DNA of 17,612 nt from Zygophlyctis sp. KS116 (Eukaryota > Fungi > Chytridiomycota). The position numbers and the translations under genes were made by a program. Location of the stretch: NCBI GenBank assembly GCA_054661495.1, contig BAAFSQ010000206.1:1-17612 (forward strand), in the 5' to 3' direction. Below are positions 8,031 to 17,612 of this stretch, piece by piece; position 1 is the first letter of the stretch; every line of letters starts with the position of its first letter. A model generated the notes under the pieces. That model saw only the letters and a program-made list of their open reading frames with translations, ran no database searches and was not told the origin of the DNA.

Positions 8031-8115
8031 TATAATTTATTTGTTTAACGTTTAACGCTGTTACTCATGAGCGCCACAATGAGAGAATTTGACGATCAAA
8101 TTCTTTTCTTTCTTG

Positions 8116-9775
8116 ATGATCATCAGCTGTCTACTATTACTTTTATCCTCATTCAGTAATGCATTACCCCTTAAATCCATCAAGCGATCGCTTAGACATG
8201 AGAACAAATTAACTCTTTTGCATACAAATGGTAATGATTTCTGGTTATTTATTGGTAGATATTCATGCACATTTTGATGAATTTAATGATGGAGGATTCG
8301 ATTGTTCTAAAACTGAAGTCAATGAAAATCATTGCTTTGGAGGTGTCGCTCGATTGAAAACTATGATTGATAAGATCAGATCTACAAACAAAAATGTTTT
8401 ACTGTTGGACGCTGGTGATCAGTTTCAAGGGACATTGTTCTTTAGTGTATTTGGAGGTTATTTATCATCCATCATCATGAATGATTTTAAATATGATGCA
8501 ATGTGCATTGGAAATCATGAATTTGATCGTGGTGTTCCTTATTTGGCAGAGTTTTTTAGGAATCTTAGCTTTCCAGTTATATCTTCCAATATTGATTTTT
8601 CAACAGCTCAGATATTGAAAGATTCTGGAGTAAAACCATTTTTGATTTTTAAAAAATACAATCTAGGAGTTATTGGATATATCACAAATACTACAGGAAT
8701 GATTGCTCCAGGAGCTTTAGGAATTAATTTTATGAATCCAGCAGATAGAGTTCAACAATATGTGGATTATCTTTTCTCAAAAGGAATAAAAAGAATTGTT
8801 TGTGTATCACATAATGGATACAAGGATGATGTCTACTTGGCTGAAAATACTAGAGGAATTTCTGCAATTGTTGGCGGTCATTCACATTCTTTACTCTTAA
8901 AAGATTCAGAAAATGCAGAAGGTCCTTATCCAACAGAGATTAAGAATCTTGATGGGAAATCTACCTTTGTTTTACAGGCTCATCGTTATGGTGATTATTT
9001 AGGATACGTTGATATGGAATGGAATGATGATAATGAATTAATTTCTTTTAAAGGAGATCCTATCAAACTCGATCAGACTATTCCACAAAACTCTACTGTT
9101 CAATTACAAGTGGATACTTGGAGACTTGCTTTCCAAGAAATGGCATCAAAAGTCATAACTGTGGCTACATCTACATTTAGAACTTTTAGTTGTTACACTC
9201 ATGAGTGTCCCATGGGAGATTTAATCGCAGATGCAATGTTGCAAAACGTTTCGGCTTATAATGTGGATCTAGCAATGGTTAATGCAGGAGGAATAAGATC
9301 TGCCTTTTTAAAAGGGACTGTGACTCTTGGAAATCTTATTAATATTTTACCTTTTCAAAATCAATTGGTTGTGCTAAATTATACTGGTCAGGAAATTTTG
9401 GACATTCTTGAACGGTCTTTTACTCAAAGAGATAAAATTACCGGGAAGCCAGTAATTACAATTCCTCAATGGTCATCAACTCTACAGGTTTATTATAATC
9501 CTAGAGGTCCAAATTGGAATAAAGTATTGAATGTCACTATATCTGGTGCTCCTCTTGATCTAAAACGAACTTATCAGTTGGTGACTAATGACTATTTAAT
9601 GAGTGGCGGTGATGGAATATTAGATAAATATACTAAGGAACCAATTTTTGGAGAGGATGCTACTGAAACAGTACGATATTATTTAGAAGGATTTGAAAGC
9701 GTTACACCTGATAATTGTCAATCAAGAATTATCGCCGTGGGTGGTGCTACGTCATCTTCAAAATCTCGTGTGTAG
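8116..9775 (+). CDS. Secreted 5'-nucleotidase/apyrase (UshA/CD73 family); exons 8116-8230, 8259-9775; 543 aa
   Basis: Signal peptide MIISCLLLLLSSFSNA. LLHTNDIHAH is restored across a 28-nt intron. Also GGVARL, LLDAGDQFQGT, GNHEFD, VGGHSH, NAGGIR and YQLVTNDYLMSGGDG. Confidence 0.93.
8231..8258 (+). other. Spliceosomal intron, 28 nt
   Basis: gtaatgatttctggttatttattggtag; splits the Asp codon of HTND(I)H. Confidence 0.92.
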
Positions 9776-9800
9776 CTGGCACAGTCCATTTTAAGAAAAT

Positions 9801-12800
9801 ATGGATAATGATTCTAATAAAGATACTAATGCTAACATTGATCTTCCAACTGTGAATGATCAAGCACCTCCCCCAAGTCCTTTGAGGACTGAAAAAGTAG
9901 AATCCGCTAAATCAGATATGGTTTCTGAATATGTAAATGGAACATACTCTCTTCCTATCACAGTTGTAGATAGTAATGGATCTAATGCATCGGAAAACAG
10001 GGGAATGTTTGATCCAAACGATGTGGCAGAGGCAGTCTATCGCCCAAATCCAGCGCCTTTACCGAATCAAGGGAGATTTATTCCAACGGCTGATAATCAA
10101 CATATTAATAGGCCGATAGAATCAAACACTTTGGCAAGAAAGCAATATTCTACACTTCGTCGAAGGAGTGATAATCGGATAGTTCCTCGACCTTCCAATA
10201 ATTTATTGGCTCCAACTGATCCGGAATCATTTGATTGTTGGAGAGTTTATGTTAATATTTTGACTTGCTGTTGCTTACCAAGTTGTTTAAAAGGATCTAT
10301 GCCAGATCAAAGGGTACAGAATGCATGGAGGGAGAAGATTGCTTTATGCTCTATTTGTTTATTTCTCTGTGGATTGCTAGGATTTATTACTTTTGGATTA
10401 ACTAGAAGCATATGTATAGAGAATTCAACGATTTATTATTATGCAGACGTTGCAAATTATAAAAATACTGGTGTTTATCGACAAGCATATATGATCCATG
10501 GGGTACTATATAATTTGGAAAAATATTTACCGGCGCATAATGATAGACCAAATGTTAAGGCTCAGACTCAATTAGTGAATCAGATTAATAGTTTGTCGGG
10601 TGTCTCGATTTCCCGATTATTTCCTTTGAAGGGAACTTGTTCAAATCTTTTGCCTGCTAGTGCCAAATCTGATTGTAGTACAACGGATTTTCCAAATTTG
10701 GGATGTGTACATAATAATGTGGATCTTAATACAATAACAAATTATATTCTGGGTCCTGTCACTTATAAATGGTCAGATATTTCAGCTGGAAAAAATCTTG
10801 TTGTGTATCAAACTTATGTTTTAGACATGACTGAATTCTTAGGAAAAGATAGAAGGAATTATCCAGCAAATATTGTTTCTTTAGTGACTGAACATCTTGG
10901 AAATGATATTTCGTATTCATTATCTGGTAATCAGCTTTTGAGAGACTGGGGAGATTGTCTTGCTCTTACTTATAGAGTGGGACAGCTCGAAGATCGGTCT
11001 GTCGGATGCTTTATTTCCGACATTATATTATGGGTTTCACTTATAATGATTCTCTCAGTAGTTCTGATAAGGTTTATATTTGCGATGCTTTTCAGCTGGT
11101 TTATTTCCAGAAAATTGGGTAAACTACAAAAAAATATGAAGCAAAGCCAGCCTATGAGAAGATCAGTTTTGGCTGATGGAATTGTACCTTTTCCCATGTT
11201 TCATCAGGGCACTTATAATAGCGGAAGTCGTGTATCTCTTCACACAGCTTTGGCTGAATCGGCTCCTCCACTGAAGGCAATTCGGGAACAAAAAAGATAT
11301 TCTTTGGATTTTATGCGGTTTGGAAATAAGAGTGTTGTCCAAAAATCTAAATCCGAATATGGTCAAGAGATACGTACAATCATGCTTGTAACTTGTTACT
11401 CAGAAGGAGAGGATGCTCTTCGTAAAACATTTGATTCTTTGGCAGAGACAAAATACAATGAAGATTTTAAGCTTCTATTCATTGTTGCAGATGGAATAAT
11501 TACGGGCTCTGGTAATCCAAAATCAACGCCTCAGTTAATTATTGATATGCTTGAAATGGATTCAAGTTGGCCATCCCCCCCTCCTGCTCTCAGCTATTTC
11601 TCTTTGGCGGATGGTTCAAAGGAGCATAATAAAGCTAGAGTTTATGCAGCATGGTATAATTTCAAAGTAAGAATTATTATTCTTATAGCCTAGGGGAGAA
11701 GTGTTCCGACTATCCTTATCGTAAAATGTGGGACACAGTTAGAAAAAAGTACACAAAAGCCTGGAAATAGAGGGAAAAGAGATTCGCAGATGATATTGAT
11801 GAGATTTTTGCAAAAAGCTAATTTCAATCAAAGAATGTGTCCTCTAGAATTCGAACTTTTCCAGAAAATTCATTATCTAATGGGCATCACTGCAGATGCA
11901 TTTGAAATCGTTTTAATGGTAGACGCTGACACTCAGGTAGCTTCAGATTCTCTTGCGAGAATGGTTGCCTGCATGTCCGAAGATGATAAGATTATGGGGC
12001 TTTGTGGGGAAACTCGAATAGAAAACAAATCTGATTCCTGGGTCTCCAGAATCCAAGGTATTAAATACTAAGATTTACTAATCATTAACAGTTTTTGAAT
12101 ATTTCCTCAGTCATCATCTGCAAAAAGCTTTCGAATCTATGTTTGGGAGTGTAACTTGCCTTCCAGGCTGTTTTTGTATGTACCGAATCAAAGCCCGTAA
12201 ACCAGACGGTTATTGGGTTCCAATTCTTATAAATCCTGATGTAATAAGTACATATTCTGAGCGAATTGTCGAATCACTTCACAAGAAAAATCTCTTGTTA
12301 TTGGGCGAAGATAGATTTCTAACAACCTTGATGCTCAGAACTTTCCCTGCAAGGAAACTTATCTTTGTTCCTAGAGCTTTTTGTAGAACAACTGTTCCAA
12401 ACAAATTTTCTGTTTTACTTTCACAAAGACGTCGTTGGATTAATTCTACTATTCATAATTTATTAGAATTAGTTTTAGTTAGGGAACTTTGTGGGATTTT
12501 CTGCTTTTCTATGCAATTTGTAATAGTTTTAGAGTTGATTGGAACTGTTACTCTCCCGGCAGCTATTGTCTTTACAATGTAATTTTTATTATTTAGTAAT
12601 GACTAGTCTCTTGATCACATATTCTATTGTGCAAGATCCACAAATTATCCCTCTTATTCTACTCGGAGCAATTTTGGGTCTCCCAGCACTTTTAATTCTT
12701 TTTTCAACAAGCCGACCGGTATATGTGTATTGGATGATTTTGTATCTTTTGGCTCTTCCGATTTGGAATTTTGTTCTTCCTGTATATTCATTTTGGCATT

Positions 12801-13000
12801 TTGATGATTTCTCGTGGGGCGCTACAAGACAAGTGCATGGAGAAAGTAAAAGTAGAGGTGGACATGACTCTGAAAAGTCTGATGATGTCTTGGGGCCAGA
12901 TGTTATACCTCTTCGTAAATGGGCCGATTGGGAAAAGGACAGGAGAAGAATAATTAAAGAATCAACTGAAAGGTCTGCATCAATGAGTAAATTACAATAA
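9801..13000 (+). CDS. CHS3: Chitin synthase, division 2 / class IV (Chs3-like, no myosin motor); exons 9801-11666, 11694-12057, 12092-12578, 12607-13000; 1036 aa
   Basis: AWREK, cytochrome b5-like segments, [55 protein letters not shown] and [12 protein letters not shown]. Confidence 0.95.
11667..11693 (+). other. Spliceosomal intron, 27 nt
   Basis: gtaagaattattattcttatagcctag; joins WYNFK|[13 protein letters not shown]. Confidence 0.9.
12058..12091 (+). other. Spliceosomal intron, 34 nt
   Basis: gtattaaatactaagatttactaatcattaacag; TACTAAT branch-like motif; restores IQVFEY. Confidence 0.93.
12579..12606 (+). other. Spliceosomal intron, 28 nt
   Basis: gtaatttttattatttagtaatgactag; joins AAIVFTI|LLITYS. 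The earlier AG at 12596 would give an in-frame stop. Confidence 0.85.
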
Positions 13001-13058
13001 ATTGAATGATTTCATCAAGTTTTTGGGTGGGAAAGTAGAATTTTCCATTGAGAACAAA

Positions 13059-13885
13059 ATGTCAGAGAACAATCATCTCTTGCGAAAGGTTTCAATGTCA
13101 TCAGAAGTAACATTAATGTAAGAATTATAGAATCATAAAGACTTAGATCGAGCCCTGATACTGATATACAAGATCTCTTACATTCAATCATTGATCTAAA
13201 CCGAAAAACAACATCAAGACTGTTGGAACAATCGCATGCATTGATCAAAGCATCATCTTTAAAGAATGATTTGAATTCAAACATTACCTGCATCGCTCAA
13301 CTACAACAACAAGTCTCGGGAAAACTAATGGAATTGCGCCCTTTGGCATTTGAAGCTCAGTTTCTAAAGGATCATTTGAATGCAAAAATCCAAATTGATA
13401 AAATATTATCAGTCTTTGAATTAGAAGAAATGGAAAATCATGTAAAAGACTTGATCAATTCTGCCCAATCAAACTCTTTATTACAAGAATATCTTCAATT
13501 ACCAGATTTTGGATCTGATCATGAATTACAATTAGCTAAAATTGCAAACAAGTTTAAATCTCATGATACTAATCCATTAAAATTGGAAATTTACACAAAT
13601 GTGTATAATTCTGAAATACAGAGGCTGGAAATACTAAATACTAGAGTAGAAAAAATCACTAAAGATATAATCATATATCAACATCAACTTGAAGAATCAG
13701 AAAGAATTAAAAGTATATTTCATGAATGGATCATAACGCTGGATCAACAAATTCAAAAATTGACTGATAGGATATTAGACTTGAGAAAATTACGAAATAA
13801 TTTGAAAAAGGAATGTCAGCCTTTGGAAGTAGTTAGCGATGATGATGATGATGGTTATTATACTCCTGTAGAAGATTCAGAATAA
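13059..13885 (+). CDS. Hypothetical coiled-coil protein; exons 13059-13117, 13147-13885; 265 aa
   Basis: The frame of ORF 13223..13885 is open from 13139. ATG 13059 joins it via a GTAAGA...TAG intron. L/Q/E/K-rich helical sequence with an acidic tail. Confidence 0.7.
13118..13146 (+). other. Spliceosomal intron, 29 nt (alternative in-frame acceptor at 13140 would give 23 nt)
   Basis: gtaagaattatagaatcataaagacttag; supported by frame logic only, no homology support. Confidence 0.65.
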
Positions 13886-14136
13886 CATAAATTGGACTTG
13901 CATTTTGGATATAACAGCTATGGACAAGTTTCGGACATTTCAACTTACAACTAGAAATAATTATAATTTAATAAAGGATGGAGTGTCATTTCTATCAGTA
14001 TTTTTTTCGAGAGAGAATGGAGTCTGGACAGGTATGTCAGGAAATTATCATTGCTTAAGTATAAGGCTCTGCGCCACCAAGACTGTCTATATTTGGACAT
14101 GAACCTATTTGTCTTTTCTGTGACTTTTCACTGAAA

Positions 14137-15024
14137 ATGAATTTCACGAGCGATGCAAGTAAAATCATTGTCAATTCAATGGATCAAATTGAAAAACTGA
14201 ATTTGAAAATTGAATTAGCCATTTTGCGAACTGGCGAGTACAAGGATATGTCCTACGATAACAGAAAGGAAATACTCGCTCTATTGAAAGCTGAGAAGGA
14301 ATGGTTGAAGAAAATGGTTGAAGCGCAAGAAAAGAAAATAGAAGACGCATTGATGATGAATAAACGACAAGTTTCTGATAAACTTCAATCTGAATTAGAG
14401 GTTGGTAATAAAGTTGTGGGTCCCTGTACTACTATGCTCAAATCTATTACATTGTCCGATGGAGGAGCGACCACGATGACTCCTTTAAATGGAGAAACTG
14501 TTGCGAATTGGATGGCTAATCTAAAAAAATTCCCAAAAGAGGAAGAGATCATCTCTGTTCTTCTGTGTGGCATTTCGGCAATCTATTCTTTTGCGTCTCA
14601 GGGACTAGCTCACTGTGATATTAAATTGACGAATCTAATTTTTGAAAGTCGTACTAAAATCATTCTAATAGACTCGGGTTCGGCAACAAAGATTGGAGGC
14701 GTTATTTCCACTACTACACCTGGAATTGGATTCGAGCACTACTCTCCGTCTATTCGTTATGATGTGAACAGTCTGTCAATCGCTATTTCTCGTATCATGT
14801 TGAGAAAACATGAAAAATTTGCGTCAAAAGATCATTTACTCGCTACAATAGCTCCACTTGCTTCAACATACCCTGTTGTTTTTGAAATGTTGGATTTGAT
14901 GAGAATTGATCAAGATATCGATTCAGCTATGGAATTGTTGGATGTCTGGAAGAACATGTATGAAGTTGCCAAGGAAAATAAGTCGTTTGTTTCTTCACAC
15001 TCACACTATGCTCCGCCAGAATGA
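14137..15024 (+). CDS. Protein kinase-like protein with N-terminal coiled coil (atypical kinase or pseudokinase), 295 aa
   Basis: Catalytic loop LAHCDIKLTNLI, LIDSG at the DFG position, YDVNSL (subdomain IX). No GxGxxG or VAIK recognised. No intron evident. Confidence 0.8.
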   Translation: MNFTSDASKIIVNSMDQIEKLNLKIELAILRTGEYKDMSYDNRKEILALLKAEKEWLKKMVEAQEKKIEDALMMNKRQVSDKLQSELEVGNKVVGPCTTMLKSITLSDGGATTMTPLNGETVANWMANLKKFPKEEEIISVLLCGISAIYSFASQGLAHCDIKLTNLIFESRTKIILIDSGSATKIGGVISTTTPGIGFEHYSPSIRYDVNSLSIAISRIMLRKHEKFASKDHLLATIAPLASTYPVVFEMLDLMRIDQDIDSAMELLDVWKNMYEVAKENKSFVSSHSHYAPPE

Positions 15025-15134
15025 CTTTATGCTATTCATACTATGACGTATTGCAATTATGAAGATCTATACTATAAACAATTATATAGGAAATCGTAAA
15101 TCGAGATGCGTTCATTTTATTTGTTTACTTAATC

Positions 15135-16222
<1,088 letters not shown>

Positions 16223-16443
16223 GATGATTTTACTTTTCTTAGACTTAATTGTGGTGGGTGTCTTCTTACTCATTAACAGTTAATCTAATTGATGATCGGA
16301 TTTACTGCATAGTATTATAATGTTTGGAGAATAAATTTCTATTTGTCCGATTTCATGTGAGACATCGTGTGCAAATTGCGAAAATCAGTTATTTTATTGT
16401 AGGAATAACTAGATAAAATACTTCTACTGATGTATCGCTTTTT

Positions 16444-17325
16444 TTAACTCTGATCACGATAGGACGTACCGAATAGCAATAAACCAATCGTGAGAGATCC
16501 TATTAAAAGATATCCATAAAACAATCTGTAGATAAAAATGAAGCACAAATCCAGTACTGGAAGATTCAATCTTTGATCAAACAGCAATCGTTTAATTATT
16601 CCTATTTCCAATAATGGTATTTCTTTTAATATTGCTCGAGTAACATTGGCAGAAGGATATACCCTTGGATCTGATATTAACAGCCTAAGCGTCTGAATGT
16701 TTTGTTCAAAAACTAATCTTTTACAAAAATTCCTAGAGAACTCATCGTAAAGATTGAACAATGCCCTTCTAATGACACCATCTATAATTGCGAAATTATT
16801 CTGACCAGAAAAATCAAATCTAGAATCTGAAAGTAAGATGCGAATAGCAGCACAACGTCCAACTTCAAACGCACTAAAGTATACCGTTGAATTAATATCT
16901 GCATTTGATAGAATATACTCGATTATACCCCCCTCTCCGAATGTACAGGCTAGTGTTAAAGGATTGAAGTATGTAACGTTATAATCAACTGCTGGATCTT
17001 GAAGAGCGTATTTGACCAATTCGAGATCTTTACTTAAAATGGCCAACCTGACTTTCTCATTCGCTGCAGCTCTAGATTGAAATCCAGCATTCCTTAGTAT
17101 GGCCTTGGCATGAATTGGTATTTCATCTTTCCAGATTTCATTATAAAAAATATCACAGTCACGATAATAGTTTTCCCTATTGTAAATATGATATTGATAA
17201 GCCAATTCTTCTGGTATATTGAGGGCACTGCATAATACAAGAGCATCTAAAAATTCCAGCATCTCAATTATCATGATCTGTATCTCCAACGGAAGCTGCA
17301 TATTTCTTTTTTTGACAACTTTCAT
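16444..17325 (-). CDS. F-box-like plus degenerate ankyrin-repeat protein with C-terminal hydrophobic segment, 293 aa
   Basis: MQLPLEIQIMIIEML (F-box-like). Ankyrin-like units ELVKYALQDPAVD, PLTLAC..G...IIEYILS, IRILLSDSRFDFS..NNFAI, LRLLISDPRVYPSA and IKRLLFDQRL. No intron evident; start may be the second ATG. Confidence 0.72.
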   Translation of the reverse strand: MKVVKKRNMQLPLEIQIMIIEMLEFLDALVLCSALNIPEELAYQYHIYNRENYYRDCDIFYNEIWKDEIPIHAKAILRNAGFQSRAAANEKVRLAILSKDLELVKYALQDPAVDYNVTYFNPLTLACTFGEGGIIEYILSNADINSTVYFSAFEVGRCAAIRILLSDSRFDFSGQNNFAIIDGVIRRALFNLYDEFSRNFCKRLVFEQNIQTLRLLISDPRVYPSANVTRAILKEIPLLEIGIIKRLLFDQRLNLPVLDLCFIFIYRLFYGYLLIGSLTIGLLLFGTSYRDQS

Positions 17326-17612
17326 TGCAGAAAAATGGTTTTGACGAGGAGAAGGTCGGTCGGTCTACTTGCATCGCTCATGTTAAATTCTCTACTTGGC
17401 TGATTATTCTGATCGTTTATCCAGCACTACTGCATGCATCACGCCGAATGCATTTAAACAGATGACGCCATGCGATCTTGAAGAAACCCAATATAATAAT
17501 TGAATGAGAAAGTCACGAATCATGCAATTATTAAAATTTATTCTTAGGCGGAATTTGTGGGACGTACGTGGGATAAAATTTTAAAAAATTTTATTGTTCA
17601 CTTTCCTGAGTA

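Noticed and set aside
7228-8270. ORFs 7228..7641, 7508..7690, 7804..8007 and 8061..8270
   Set aside because: Antisense or alternate-frame shadows of the 615-aa gene and the nucleotidase first exon.
2790-12582. Split ORFs (WDR83, transporter, dioxygenase, chitin synthase) read as pseudogenes, programmed frameshifts or stop-codon reassignment
   Set aside because: Every break is bounded by GT...AG, and excision restores the frame and conserved motifs under the standard code.
10970-13293. ORFs 10970..11197, 11163..11366, 12771..12953 and 13015..13293
   Set aside because: They overlap chitin synthase or the coiled-coil gene in other frames and show no motifs.
13905-14102. 65-aa + strand ORF upstream of the kinase-like gene
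   Set aside because: Short, no motifs, and I found no convincing tiny intron joining it to 14137 that would supply a kinase N-lobe.
17326-17612. CpG-richer right end as an ncRNA or mobile element
   Set aside because: No recognisable structure; most simply upstream regulatory DNA, and truncated by the window edge.

Overview
AT-rich, extremely compact eukaryotic DNA, most likely from an early-diverging fungus (chytrid- or Rozella-grade; inferred from a class IV chitin synthase, an ALR/MNR2-type Mg transporter, WDR83, METTL5 and DPRV-type ankyrin repeats). The fragmented ORF track is explained by 14 very short GT-AG spliceosomal introns (25-34 nt). Removing them by hand restores the reading frame in every case and rejoins known family motifs in 12 of them. 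I reconstruct 14 protein-coding genes. Many spacers are tiny: tandem gaps of 12 and 25 nt, a 37-nt divergent gap, and one convergent pair whose stop codons overlap. The most notable items are a stand-alone bacterial-type MEKHLA protein, a candidate Kex2-processed peptide precursor with RGGFHN repeats, a divergent PP1-targeting protein with an apparently split CBM21 domain, a kinase-like protein lacking a recognisable N-lobe, and an F-box/ankyrin protein. No RNA genes, CRISPR arrays or transposases were recognised. All family assignments come from motif recognition, not database searches.
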